From NCBI RefSeq assembly GCF_009914755.1, contig NC_060944.1: DNA of 64,000 bases; one strand, written 5' to 3'. Origin of the DNA: the human T2T-CHM13v2.0 reference genome, Homo sapiens. The stretch's first letter is position 1. Each line of letters opens with the position of its first letter. Position numbers and translations under genes: made by a program. The notes below the pieces were generated by a model. The model was not told the DNA's origin. It did no database searches and saw only the letters and a list, made by a program, of their open reading frames with translations. This document shows positions 13,140 to 27,514 of the stretch, one piece after another.

Positions 13140-13591
13140 TGTCATACCAGATCTCTATCGATTCCAATAGGGATGGCACCATGTACGAGAGGCTGAAGAA
13201 AAGACCAGGTCAGAAAATGAGACATAGAGTTTATTAAGGGGACTTACATACGGAGACAGTCCAGTGGCAGAGGATGGACAAGAGAACTGCAACCATTTGT
13301 AAAAAGCATGCAGGTTGTATAGCATTTTCACTTAGCAACTTCCACCTGGCAACCTCCATTTAAGCCAAACAAAGGCCCTCTATCCCCTGTATGGCCTGCA
13401 TTCCAAGGATGGATTGGGGATTCAGATGTCCTTCATAGATAAGGAGTGGATCTCCAGGTTGGCCATTGCTGGATTCATTAGTCCGGGACTCTGAACACAC
13501 TTTCTTCTTAGATCATAGGGTCCTTCTCCTAAGAAGGACTCCTAAGAATATGCTTAAGTTATTGCTCTCAGGTGCATCTGTCATTCACATG
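13140..13591 (-). mobile_element. ERVL-type solo LTR (LTR47-like)
   Basis: Minus strand GACAGATGCACCTGAGAGCAATAACTTAAGCATA...; possible 5-bp TSD tccat at 13135-13139 and 13592-13596. Confidence 0.6.
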
Positions 13592-14021
13592 TCCATTTTG
13601 ATAATGACTCATGCATGATCTTAAATAGAAATGATATTTTAAAATATATAGTGTATTCCAAAGGATTTTCCAAATAGAAGCCCTAAACTTTGATGAGTTA
13701 TTGTGAAGTATTCTATCTTGAAGTAGGCCATATGGCATTCAATGAAAATTAATGCATTAGAGCAACATGCATTTGTGTGGATGATTCTCATGCATATCTT
13801 CCTCTCCTCCAATACTCTGTTGTTTGAATACCTAGGTCTCCCCAGACTTTCAGCTATCTCTCCTCTACCCAGGTTGCCCACCAAGCCCTGCCTTGGTTCT
13901 CTCCTCATGAGTCTGGAAAGTTTCTCAAGGCAGTAAGCTGTGGCAATTATAGGACTTACCACATTTATTTGCTATCGCTCAAGAATCATTGTTCTGTGGC
14001 ACTTGGTGACCAAAGTCTTAA

Positions 14022-14366
<345 letters not shown>

Positions 14367-15890
14367 GTCTGATTGTTTTGATTATTTCAGTTAAACAGGT
14401 AAATAAAGTTCTTAATCCATCTTGACCAGAAGGAAAATTCCCACCAGCTGTGGATTTAACAGAAACTCAGGCTATATTTGAACTAAATTGCTAAAGATCC
14501 ACAGCTTCAGATACATAACAGCCCTTCTTCCACCAACCCTTCTTCCACCAAAACCAGATCTCAAAGAAAATCCCATAACCTTCACTATGTTTTGTGCTTT
14601 CATCACAGTGTACAGCCTCGCTCAGGGAGAGCGACCTCTTCTTGGGTGTGTTAGTTTCTGAGGGCTGCTGTCACAAATTTCCAGAAACAACAAAATTTCA
14701 TTCTTTCACAGTTCTGAAGGCTAGAAGTCCAAAAGCATGGTGTCAATTTATAATTATCTGGAGGCAATTCCAATGTCTTCATTTTATTCTAACACACAGC
14801 ACCCAGCATTGTACTTTGCTCCTCAAATAAGCTCTATAGTGTTTATATAATGTTTAATTTAATTGTAACAGCTAAAAGGCTTTTCTATGAAGGTGATTTC
14901 AGCCTCCAGTTTTCAATTTAGGAATTCCTAAAAAATAGCACCAGGTGTACAATTCTAACATGTCTGTAAGGAACACCTGACTAGGGAACAAACTATTTTT
15001 CCCACCTGTGTGGAAGTTACTGGAATGCTAAGCTGGAGAAATTTCACTACCTTGTAAGCCACAGAGAAAGAAAAAGTGGTCTGTAGAAACTATTAGTTAA
15101 AGCTAAGACAGAGTCAATCATAAAATGCATTCCTGACTTCAGAGATAATTGAAAAGTGAAAGATAGCAGATTCAGATTCAAACACATACAGTGTAGATAC
15201 GTGCTTTGTTTCTGAGCAAATGGAGATGGCTATCTTGCAAGTGCCCTTTCACCCTGTCCAGAAAGTTTCCCCAACTTTCTACACTATGAGATTTGACCAT
15301 CTTCTAACCTCCTCACCCCCAGACATCCAGCTATACTACATCTCACAGGTCCAACCTAGCTTGGCCAGTCTTATTTAAAATTTAAAACAGAAATACCGAG
15401 GCTGGGATTCTTTGTAGCGAAGTCACATTAATGGCAATTGTCTGACACATGGTGCTGGGGTGTCTCATAACTTTCCTTTAGACTACTCTTTCCAAAGGTT
15501 AAGGGGTTTAATCCTCCCTTGATTCCGCAAAATACCCCGACATCATTCCAGTAAATTCTTTTTTGTGGCTTAAGTCAGCCAGAGTTTATTTTTTGTGGCC
15601 TGAAACCCAGAGAACCTTAACTAACACAATGCCCTAAGAACATTTTCGGAAAGATATGCAAGAAATTAATCTTAATTATCTTTGAGAAATGAACTAGGTG
15701 TCCTAATGGTGTAGAAGGCAACTTCTGCTGTTACTTCATAACAACGTGTATGATTGGATGTTGTGTTGTTATGGTCTGGAGCAAAGGGTTGTCGTTGGAG
15801 CAAAGGGTTTCCAGTTTGGAGTTTAGTCTGATTTGGGGTGTTCATTTTTACACCGTGAGCATGTATTACTTGCATACATTTTTCAGCTAG

Positions 15891-15895
<5 letters not shown>

Positions 15896-15936
<41 letters not shown>
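15896..15936. repeat. (GT)~20 microsatellite
   Basis: Perfect dinucleotide run. Confidence 0.98.
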
Positions 15937-15938
<2 letters not shown>

Positions 15939-17941
15939 TACTGTCATATTTGAAAAGGAATAACACGATGATAGCTTTCTGATTTTTCACAGCTCATGTT
16001 TGTCCCTATCCTGGTCCAGCCCCCTTATTTCACAGACACACAAACTGACCCTAGAGTAGATAGGACACAGCCAACTATTTTACAGCTACCGTGAGATCAT
16101 TGCTTTAGACCAGCCTAGAATTGATCTTGTTGATAATGTTCTTGTCTTAAAAAATAATGATCTTATTTTTAAATGCAGTAGATACTAAATGATCAAACAT
16201 CTTCCTGTGAAGTTGCCTTATGTGTTCTCCTTCTACATCATACTCCAAATTTACTCAGCTTGAAACTTTTGCTGGTTAATAATCTCCTACTTTGAAAAGA
16301 AGGTCAAGCTTAGATGGATTTGTTATTGATCACACTTGAATGTGAATTGTCTTAACTGGGTTAAATGTAGGCAGACACTTGGATAAAATCCCTCTCAGTG
16401 AATGAGTTGGGTGTTCTGATGGAACTGTGATAAATTTAGGCTATTGGACGTCACTTAGGAATACCGTTGTAGTTCTCTCCTTCATCTTTCCCCGCCACTA
16501 CCACCTAAAAAGAAAAAAATTAATATGGTCAGAAAAATTATATCCCCTGGAAGGAAATTAGCACAAGTCAAGACAAATAGACTAAATTAGCCATTTGTGG
16601 AAATAGTCCATTCTGGGAGTTGACCTGCAAATGCCTTGTCGTTAGAGCAAAGGGTTTCCAGTTCAAAGAGGGCTCAGGAAAATTGGATGGCATGTTATAA
16701 TTATAAAGCAGTAAACTCTGCAGTTGTATTTTACCTTGCTTAGGATGATGTCATGGTGCTTTAGCAACTGACTTTAAAATAAGAGAGTGTAAGAATGTAT
16801 TATTGTTCATCCAGGACTGTCTTGAGAATCAGAGAACCACCCAGGATCACTCTGATTCTACATGAGGGATCTCAGTAATTTAAACAGGCAACAGGTGCTT
16901 CCTAGGCCACTAAACTTAGTGGAAATGGGGTCACAAAGAGAGAGAAAGGAGGGAGGGAGAAATGAGTGAAAGGATGGAAAAAGGAAGTCACAAATGAAAG
17001 GAGGGCAGAGCGGGGAAGAGTAACGGCAAAGAAATGAGGCAAAAAGGAAGGAAAAGCCCCTTCTCCAGAAACAAACGTAATTCTGCCCCTCAAAGTGTTA
17101 GACTGTTGGGGCAGAGTAATGATCCTCTCTTCTGGTATATTGTAATAATGTTTTTAACCAGTTTTCCTGATACAAATTTACATTATTTTGTAGTGTGAAT
17201 CTAAATATGGAAGTTGTCAGCTCACTCCTGCTTAAAATTCACTAGTCCTCCACCTCCTTTAGGGCAATGTGGTTTTTCGGTTAAGTTTGCCTTTCCTATC
17301 TCAGAACTTCACCTCTCAGCCATGACCCTTCATAGTGCCCTGGAGTTTTGTTGATCTGTGCAGAATGCCTTGCTTTTTTATACCCTTGAGGCTTTTGGTA
17401 TTCTATTCGCTCTAGGTAGAATGAAAAGTCTGCCTTTCAACCCCCTAACCATCACCCCTTTTGCCTTGCTGTCTCAACCAGTGAGACGCTCTTCAAACAA
17501 TATTTCTTCTGTAGAGCCACGCATGCCTCTTCATAAGAGAATGATTCATTAAGATTCTATTGGCATATATCAAATAAACTGTGGTTGTCTCAGTGAATCC
17601 CTCTCTCTTTGTAAATATTGAGCTCCTAAGGAACAAGCACCTTCTCATGTTTACCAGCATGTATATATACCAGTCTCCCATGTATACTCATAAGTTTATC
17701 CTCAAAAGTACTTGAATTAATGAAGAAGGCAATAGAAACTATTTTCTAGAAAATGCACTCAAGTCTTGAAAGTGACATAAAAATTTCTTGGCGATTTTTA
17801 AATTATTTAGGGGTGACTGTTAAGTTGTAGAAAATGAATAGCAATGTGAATGATTCCTGCCCATAGCAATGCAAATGAATTACACAAATCCCTGCAAGTC
17901 AAATTTTCATTTGAACCAGTCAAGATCTTACTGGTCCCCAT

Positions 17942-18242
17942 GGCCGGGCACGGTGGCTTAAGCCTATAATCCCAGCACCCTGGGAGGCTGAGGTGGGCAG
18001 ATCACCTGAGGTCAGGAGTTCAAGACCAGCCTGGCCATGGTGAAATCCCCATCTCTACTAAAAATACAAAAAATTAGCCTGGCGTCGTGGTGCACCCCTG
18101 TAATCCCAGCTACTTGGGAGGATGAGGCAGGAGAATTCTTAACCCGGGAGGCAGAGGTTACAGTGAGCCAAGATTGTGCCATTGTACTCCAGCCTGGGCA
18201 ACAAGAGCAAAACTCCTTCTCAAAAAAAAAAAAAAAAAAAAA
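17942..18242 (+). mobile_element. AluSq/Sp-like, full length
   Basis: gggcaacaagagc diagnostic; A-tail; 18-bp TSD aagatcttactggtcccc at 17922-17939 and 18243-18260. Confidence 0.96.
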
Positions 18243-21200
18243 AAGATCTTACTGGTCCCCTCATTTATCTCATTTATTAATGAGTCAAATAAAATCTTTG
18301 ACATGCATTCATTTCACATTTGGATGAGAGTCATGATTTTACTATTTTTGAAAATTATGCTTTAACACTGTAATAGAACATTTTTATTGAATATGTCTGT
18401 GCATAAACTACCAAATAGCATAGGTTGACTGTGTGTTAATAGAATATAGAGAATATTTTCTATTAAACTTAACACAATAGCTGTAAGGCAATGTGGAAGT
18501 GAAATTAATGTATCTGTTAAAATCATAATACTAAATTAGAACACGAACAGAATAATGTAATAGGGCCCTTTAAAGCAAATGGTTGCCACGTTTACATACA
18601 CACACTCACACATGCACACCCTACATATATATCTACAAATAAATATGTGCATATGTATATGTTAAAATGTAACTGATACATTGTAGTCAGTATGTTTTCC
18701 ATAAAGTAATTATAAGTTTATAGGTTTCTCCATCACAAGTATGTATCACAGTCTATTAAACATGTGGTCATGAGGGCACAGTGTTAACTCTATTGCTTAA
18801 CTCTTTTAATCACTCTTACTCATCCTTGCCTGTTATTTGCTTTTCCATCATTTTCCTTAACTAAAGCCTATGTATCATCCCCCTGCCAGACATCCCCCTT
18901 CCACTTATTTGAGTGGAAATAGGAACTTTCCCAATGAAGGCAGCTGAACAGACGGCATTAAGCAAAAACGTTTCAAATCTAATGGCCCATTAGTCACACT
19001 CAACCGATGATCCATTGAAATGACTGACCAGGTAACTAGGTCAGCTAGCTCAAGGGAAGCATTTACGATACAGCTCTCACTTTTCCAAACCCACGGACCA
19101 CAGCTTCAGCCTCCATTCACAAAGACAGGATATGGACCCAGGAGCCATGTGGCTCATTACCTGTGTGGTGGGAGTTGCTCATAGACACAAGCATGCTTCA
19201 GAGGACTGGGAATACAACTTTCTCTAAGACTGAAGTTTAGATTATCTCTAACTCTAAGAGAAGGGCACTGCAAGGTCACCAGTCTAGCACTTTGGTGTTT
19301 TTTTTTTTAAAGCACTACATCATTTCTTAAGATACATATTACATATGATTAAAACTTTATCCTATTTTTCTCCCTCTCTTAGCTGGCATTCCTTGGGAGT
19401 GGAAAAAAAAATCAAAGGAATTCCCACACAAAGGTCCACATTGAAGTATGTTTAAGTGTCTGATTAAAACTAACAAAAGACAGGAAATAGGGAGTTAGAC
19501 TTTAACTCAGTCCTGAACTCACCCTCTTGTGCCTAGGTACCAAGGGGTCAGGAAAGAACCTCTAGGTTCAGAATTAGCTGCTTCTGTTTCCTTTCACTGC
19601 TGAGATATTATACTTCAAAAAAATATTAAATTGACAAGAAGCCCCCAAGTGCCTATAACCCCCACAGGGTGGTAATCTGTGCATATCTCTAGTTTTAAAA
19701 GGCATGATTCAACCTTACACCTCTTCAAAAGTACAAAAACATCTGTTACCTTTGGTAAATCCCCTTTCCTGTGTATCTGTTTTCTGGATGTACTGAGTTA
19801 TTTCCCTTTCAAAAAAATAAATGAATCAGAAAAAGAAAAGAGGCCAGAAGCAGGAAAAAACAATGATTTCTTAGCAGATAGCAAGCAACAACTTATTTAT
19901 TTCTGGTTTTCTCTGCTGAGGAAAGCACTAAATTCATATTCAAACTTAATTTTCTAATCTAGGATGACTTCCAGTACACCAGGTATGATTCTGACTCTTC
20001 CTGGTCATTTTTCAAATTCGTCTTGTGGTAATAATTGCAACTGCCTCCAGCTTATTCGCAGGTGGAAAGTGCACCTCCTCTGCAAAGGTAGACTGCCTTT
20101 GGGACCTAGACCATCTTTGTCTAGAGTTCTCTCACAGCAGTGCTGGCATAGACACTACTCAGGTTTGCGTGTAAGTCTGCTGATTGGAACTGGGAATGCA
20201 TTTGGTACTTTGCATGATGGTAAACCATAGTTAGCCTTCCGTGATCCACAGTATTGCTGAGGAAATTGGTGAGGGTTATTAAGACTCCAGGTACCACGAG
20301 TAGCAAAGGACATCCTTGGGGAGAAATACTCAGGGTTCTAACAACTCAGAGTCTGTGACACTCTTGTCCTTGGATGCCCTTCATCTCATGCCCCATGACT
20401 TGAGACAGATAGATGTTCTAGCAGATTCTCTCCAGATATGGAAAACTGCAGATGACTGGAAGTTCCTGCAAGTAAAAATCTCCCAGATGAATTTGCAGAG
20501 CAAGCCCGCACCTCCCACACAAGAGGACAAGAGAACTGATCCTCTTTTCTCATCACGTCTGTCAGTTTATATTCTTCAACCCCCACAAAGAAGTGAGCAA
20601 ATCATCATTCTTCCTTTGACCAAGAAAAACAATGCCTTTCTTTACATCCACTAGTAGAAGCAACATTATGAGATAAAAATGAAAAACATCCAAGCAGTCA
20701 CAATGTTTAAATAAGAATTGTTGGTGCACTGTCTCCATCAGTTGAGTAAAAGTTTAAAATTGTTTCCTGCTTGCCGGTTCACACCTCTCACCCTCTTCTT
20801 TCCACATGCAAACACGCATTTTTCATTTTCACTTAAATCTTATAAGAGGGAAACTCAGGCATTGAGAAGACTGTTCGGTGTAAGTGCCTCGAATAAATAA
20901 CTCAGTACTTTCAGAGAATAATAAAGCCTATAAAAAAAGAAATAGTTAAAAGTGTCATGTAATTTTGCATCCCAGCTGGTTAAGTTTTGAGAGTGACAGG
21001 GGTGAGAACAAATGCTAAACCTGACTTGGCACCAGGACAAGAGCCTCCATCTGGGACTCTCCCAGACAAACCTGAAGTTGGGAGGTCTGTCTCCAGGTAA
21101 AGTGATAAAAATTTCTGGAGTGACTTTCAGAAAATTTGTACTTAGAGAGGCAGTGGGAGACAGAAGATTGAACCCAATCGTGCCTGGCTGAAGTGAGCTT

Positions 21201-22364
21201 TGGAAAGAGCCACACAAAATTCAAATGCAGGCTGGATTTGTGGGGCCAGAGGAAATAGGTAGATATTTAGTTTATTACACTAGATATTTGAGAGGTAATA
21301 GAGGCTTATACTGGCTGGTACCAATAGGATGAATGTGAGGGATTATTGATGTGAAATGAATAGATCTCAAAACCTCATGTCTATAAACAGGGTGAATCAG
21401 AGGTGATTTTTCTGAGTAACTGAGTGATGTCTTTAGCAGTACTTTGGGAAAAACTAAGGCCAAAAGGTTGAGTAATATACATGATTTTGCCAACTAATAA
21501 TGTGACCTCTAGATCTACTTTTTAGTAAAAAGATGCCTCTATTTCAGTGTGATAAGGGCCATGAAGGGGACATGAACAAGAAACTCTGAGGTCCTAAGAA
21601 CTGATTCTACTTTTGCCAGGTGTGGTAACACCCTGGACTACAATCTAAAGATGGACCCTGCTCGCTCAATCTCTAGTTTAATTACCTTTGGTGAATAATT
21701 GCCCTTTTCTGAGCCTCAGTTATAGATTTGAAGCTCTCATATAGGTATGTTCCTTCATTGCTCTGTACTTTGGAATATGCAGCTCTCTCTAGCAGAATGC
21801 CCTTTTCCATCTTGTCTACCCGAGAAGCCCTTTGTCATACCGAAAGTTACCACCTCTGTGAGACTTTCTCTGAAAAATCATCCTCTGGAAACGTAGCCTA
21901 CCAATCATCTGTCTGTTGATTTCTTGCGGCAGATACAACTTCCTCCTTCCCAGACACGTTCCAGGCAAGGGATAGCCATATAGCATGGCTTAGCCCAATG
22001 ACACATAATCAGAAATCTTTTGAAATGGGGATTCAAGAAGACCTTTTACTTCTCTGGTTAAAAGGAACAGCCATCACATTCTTTTGCCATTTTTCCTTGT
22101 TTCTTCAAACCACCTTGAACACCATTATAATTTTGGAGATAAATCAGCCATCTGGCAACCATGTTGCTACCAATGACAGAATGAAATCCAGCAAACTAAG
22201 TTACGGAAGATATGATCAGTAGACTCATTTATGTCATGTTGAAGCACTGAACCAGCCCTGTACCTAATTTTATTCTTCCTATTATAAATACAAATAAGTC
22301 CCTGCTTTCCAACCCCTGTGAGCAAGTCTTTTCTTAAAACTAAAAGCATACATAATTGACACAC

Positions 22365-22728
22365 TATCAGTTAGCTATTGCTGAGTAACAACCCCCAAAT
22401 CTGCAGGTCACCTAGGTAGCCCTTCTGATCTGGTCCATGTTTCTGTTGAGCTGTCCAAACATCTGGAGGCCACATTGCCAGTCTGGCTAGACTAGGAAGG
22501 CTTCAGCTGGGACAGCTGATCTCTACTCCATGTTCTCTGTCATCTCCCACCTGGCTAGCCCAGGCTTTCGCACATGGGAGCAGAAGAGTTTAAAGAGAAT
22601 GTGGAGCATGCAAGCCTCCACCATCACATCTACCATGTTATTGGCCAAAACAAGTAACTAGGCCAGCCAGATGCAAGGGGAGCCATGGAGTATTGGAGGC
22701 ATGACTGCTTGCACTCAATCTGTCAAAC
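22365..22728 (-). mobile_element. Old MLT1 (MaLR) LTR
   Basis: tatcagttagctattgctgagtaaca...catcacatctaccatgttattggccaaaacaagt. Confidence 0.55.
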
Positions 22729-23543
22729 AATTGTAAAGTGTGAGAGTTTGAGAACAAGGATTGTGAGATATTTGTAACTCCTATATAGTAAGCCTTCCCT
22801 CACCTTATTTTTAGCCAAATGTTTGCTCTGCTTAATTTACAGGGCTATTGTTAGAACCCTTTATTTCTGAGTTCACAGTAGATCAAGTGGGAGGCCTTTA
22901 GAGATGCAAGGAATCAGATTACCACATACTCAATTACTGCTGGTATAATTAGATTTTTGAATGCATACTTGCAGAGCAAAGTTTTCATCCATCTCCAGGG
23001 ACTTTGGAAGAAGACAAAAAGGAAACCAATACATAGAAGAGCTTTAGCTCCTGGCTGAATTTGAAAGTGGAGTTAACACAGAGTGATTCTTATCCTTGCC
23101 ATCCAGTTATGATTACTTGTTACCAGTGGATAGCATGTTGTACTTCAATCACCTACTTGAGGTAATACTTATTTTTTTCCTGGGAGCAAACTCTCCCACC
23201 TGGTCTACATAGGATCTTTCATGACCACTTTCAGCAAACCATCCTCATTGTTCCCCAAAATAAAGGATAAAGAAGCTTAGAAAACTTGTGAGATCATGTC
23301 TTCTAAAGGAAAATTTTTGACCTTGAACAAGTTGGAAGTAGAGAACAGTGCGTCCACCAACTGGGAAATAATCAATGAACATCCTACCTCTAATATATGA
23401 TGCATCAGAGACTGGCTAAATTCTCACCAGTTTCTTGGCACACAGCCAAAGTACATTCCCCTGACATTCTGCATCTGGGTGGGGACATATGACTGTTTTT
23501 TGCCAATGGAATGTGAATGGAAGACATACCTTTTGGTATAATG

Positions 23544-23762
23544 CAGGGGTCTGCAAACTATAGCCTACAGGGCAAATGTGGCCAATCACCTGTCTTTGTA
23601 AATAAAGTTTCATTGGAACATAGCCACCCTACTCATTTACATATTGTCTAAGGCTCCTTTCACACTATATCAGCAGAACTGTGTAGTTTTTAACAGAGAT
23701 TGGGTGGCTCTCAGAGCCTGAGATATGTACTATCCTTTACAGAAAAAATTAGCTGACTCTTG
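23544..23762 (+). mobile_element. MER58A hAT MITE nested in an older LTR-like element (~23400-24062)
   Basis: caggggtctgcaaacta...gtaaataaagtttcattggaacatagcc...tttacagaaaaaattagctgactcttg; degenerate 8-bp TSD gtataatg/gtttaagg. Confidence 0.8.
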
Positions 23763-25179
23763 GTTTAAGGCATGTTAAAGTGAGGTCCTGTTCCATTTGC
23801 TCCTCATCTGCTATCTGGAAGATGTCAGGCCAGTTTTTGAAGCACGACTGGATCTTGCAGAGCCCCATTATGAAAATAATTTTATCTCTGAATGGATGCA
23901 CAAAGCAGAGGCTCCTGTCCAAACAACAGACCCATCCCCATTTTCTTGGAATTCACATTGGACCATGGTACAAGCAAAAAAATAAAACTTTATTGTGTTG
24001 AGGTACTGAGACCTGGGGACTGTGTGTCATAGCAGCAAACACTACTTTCCTTGACTAATGTAAATGAACAGAGTACAATGCTCTACACAAATATGATATT
24101 TAAAAATTGAGTAATTGCAGCACGGAAAAACAAAGGCATTGGTCTAAGACCTATAGCAAAGCTTGGAAGAGACAAGAGTGGTTATCATTTCCCCCAGCAT
24201 TGTGATGAATTGGCAGAGAATTACTGCAGACCAATTCTAGCACCAACCTTAAGGTCCTTCGCATGTGATATGACTCAAGGAAAATTGAAGATTCCAGCCG
24301 AAAAGAATATCTGCTTGCTGGCTTGTCACTGATACCTGCCTAATTGTTTTTTATTATTAAAGGCTGCCTTGTTGTTGAAATGTGAACACCCCAGAAAATC
24401 ATTAGCTACTCAGTATTAGAAAGGATCTCATTATACTCTTTTTAAAGGAGAACCAGATAAATAAGCCAGAAATGTATTTTTATTCTCTCAAGACAGTTAA
24501 AGTCCTAGACACCTGGAAGAGAGGGCTATAAAAAGAGATAGGAACTTCTTGCAAAAATAGATGGCTGTCTAACTTTGCCCCCTTCATTGGTATAAGGCAT
24601 GACTCAGGAACCTGGCAATCGTCTTGAACTCAGAGGCCAAGATGTTTTCCTAACTACAGTGCCCTATATTCCTTACCTGCTTTGTCACTTCCTCTTCAAC
24701 ATGAGTCACTTCCTCTGAGAACTCTTCAGATCCATTTCAGATAATTTCTTCTTTTGTCTTTCACAACCCCTGCAATTAATAAATGCCTTAGGAAAGCACT
24801 TATTATACTACATGGCAAGTGTAATTTTACACATCTGTCTCTCCTACCAGACTTCAGTGCAGGGCCATTTCCTGGCATAATTTCTGGAATATAGAATATA
24901 TCCAATAAATATTTGTTGAGTTAAAGGTAAACTGTTCTCTAGACGAACGGGCCCCCAGATCTGGTTAAGATTTAAAATTTCTTGAGGAATACATAAATAT
25001 GGACTCCCAGACCTACTGAGTCAGAATCTATAATTTAGACCATGAAACTGTTACTTTTCACAAAGTGATGGTGGAGCATTGAGTTTTACTCTCCAAGAAT
25101 CTAGTCAAGCATTAGTCTTTTTCTTTGGTGGTTGGTACTTGCAAAGCCTCACACATACCATGAAAACAAGGTGGAGAAT

Positions 25180-26130
25180 ACATTCATTTATGTATTTAGT
25201 CATAGTTATTGAGCGTTTCTTTTGTGTCAAGCACTCCTCTGGGCTTTGGAAGTAGAGTAATGAATAAAATAGACAAGAATCCCTGCCCTCATGAAATTTA
25301 TATTCCAGAAAGTTAAGCAAGACAAATTAAGTGCAGATTATGTTTGTAATAAGTGCTGAAGAAAAAATTAAGCTAGGAAAGGATCAGAAAATGTGAGAGA
25401 GGGTCCAAATTTAGGTTAAGCAGCCAGGGAAGGCCACAGTAAGAAGGTGACATTGATTCAAGATCTGAAGGATATGAGAGTGAGAATCATATTTGGGGGA
25501 GGAGCATTCAAAGATAAAGAACAAGTAAATAGATCCTAAGAGAGGAGCACCCCTGGGACATCTGAGAAGGAGTCAGGAGAACAGGAGTGAGTAAGAGAGG
25601 GTCAGTGATAGAAAATAGGATCCCAAAGTATAGAAGAGGTCACATCACACAGGACTGCGTAGGCCACTGTAATGTCTTTGCACTTCCTCAATGTGAGACG
25701 AAAAGCCTTTAAAGGGTTCTGGGCCAAGACTTGACAAGGTCCAGTTTACCTATTAACAGCATTTCTATTGCTGCTGTGCCTAAATTAAAGTGTGGACAGG
25801 GGCTGATGCAGGGGAATCTATTAGAAAACTTTTGTCCTAATTCATGTAAGTGATGATAGTGGATCAGACCAGGGTGTACCAATGGAGGTGGTGAGAAGTT
25901 TTCGGATTCTGAATACACTGTATTTTAAAGGTAATTCCAACAGGTTTTGCTTGTAGCTCAGGTGTAGAATAAGAAAGAGGAGAATCAAAGACAACTCCAA
26001 AGCTTGGGGGCTGAGCAAATAAAAGGATGGTATTTTCATGTATCCAGATGGAGGAGATAGGAAATTGAGTGGCTAGGGGATGGATGTAGAAGCTCAATTG
26101 TGTTAATTTGAAACACCCAATTGGAGACCT
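25180..26130 (-). mobile_element. L2 3' fragment
   Basis: cattcattt...ttattgagcg...agacaagaatccctgccctcatgaa L2 tail signature; purine-rich body. Confidence 0.75.
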
Positions 26131-27325
26131 AAATGAGTATAGAAGTCATCAGTAACCTACGTGTTTCTTCCTCACTGATCTTCTCTGGCTTTGACCTCCA
26201 ATGCCCTAATTCAAATATCTACTTTCTAAGCAAAGGCATAATTGCATATGTTGGTAAAATTACTTTTCGAAACCATAAAGCACTATCAAATGAACATTAT
26301 TATTATTTATACATGGAAATACCAGGATGATGCCATAAACCCCAAGAAGTGCCTTTCATTTGGTATTTTAACAATCAGGCTCTAAGAAACTTGAGTCCAC
26401 AGTACCTCAGGGTTTTGGGGCCAGAGGAATAAAGACTGGATTTTTGCAAGCAAATATAGTGCCCTTTATGGAAACCTTCACAGTTTGCTAAACTTTTGGA
26501 AAATGAAACACCCATCATTAAATTGTAACCTAAGGGGACATGAAGAAACAACTAACCATGCACACCCACCTCTTCTCTCCCGGGAAGTAAAAGCATTATG
26601 TGGAACTAAAGGAACTACAAGTTCAATTGAGAATATGTAAAAACCCATGGGTTTCCTTTTTAAAGAAACCAGAGTCCATACTTGCAATCCATCTCCCACT
26701 TCCATCCCATCTCGCAACCACCAGCTCTGCCCTCATTCCCACTCGTCAAATCTTGGTAGAAACAGCTGTCACCACAAAAGTCATACTGGGCCAGGACAGA
26801 CAGCTGGCTCTGTGATTCACAAACAAATTAACCTTGGGATTTTATTTTGAGCAAAGGGGCTTCCTATCCTATGTCCTTCATGGCCATCCATTTTTTGCCC
26901 TTGGGTAAACACACACCAACTCAAATGTCACACATGGGGCTGAAGGACATTTGGGGTTTTCAGGGTCACTACCCACTATTGCTTTTAAAAAATATTTCCT
27001 CTTAATCAAAGGCCTTTATCTCTTGACAAAGTTTCCAGTGAAAAAGTGTACCTAGTTTAAGTAGCCAACTCATGCCTGGGGTTTAGCTTCTCAAAGAGGG
27101 AGGGGTGTGAACATCGTTGTTCCATTAACAATTTAAGGATCAGCTCTCAAAGTGTAGTCATAAGGCGTAGAATTAACAGATGACATAATGTGATATTTAA
27201 AAGTTTTAAGAAACCAGCAAATACATGTCTTGCAGCACAGCACCATCTACTGACCAGACAGAGAAAGAATATGGGGGTGGGGGAAGAAGGTAGAGAGAAA
27301 GGATGAGAAGGGCTGAGAAGGCTGG

Positions 27326-27514
27326 GGGGAAGAGGAAAGTGAAAAGAGGGGAAGAGGAAAGTGAAAAGAGGGGAAGAGGAAAGTGAAAAGAGGGGAAGAG
27401 GAAAGTGAAAAGAGGGGAAGAGGAAAGTGAAAAGAGGGGAAGAGGAAAGTGAAAAGAGGGGAAGAGGAAAGTGAAAAGAGGGGAAGAGGAAAGTGAAAAG
27501 AAGGGAAGAGGAAA
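27326..27514. repeat. 22-bp minisatellite (GGGGAAGAGGAAAGTGAAAAGA) x ~8.5
   Basis: Eight essentially identical units counted directly. Confidence 0.97.

Noticed and set aside
14522-14551. 15-bp tandem duplication cccttcttccaccaa (similar short ones at ~37082 and ~38776)
   Set aside because: Ordinary slippage duplications.
27326-27514. CRISPR-like array
   Set aside because: No unique spacers and no cas genes; a eukaryotic tandem repeat.
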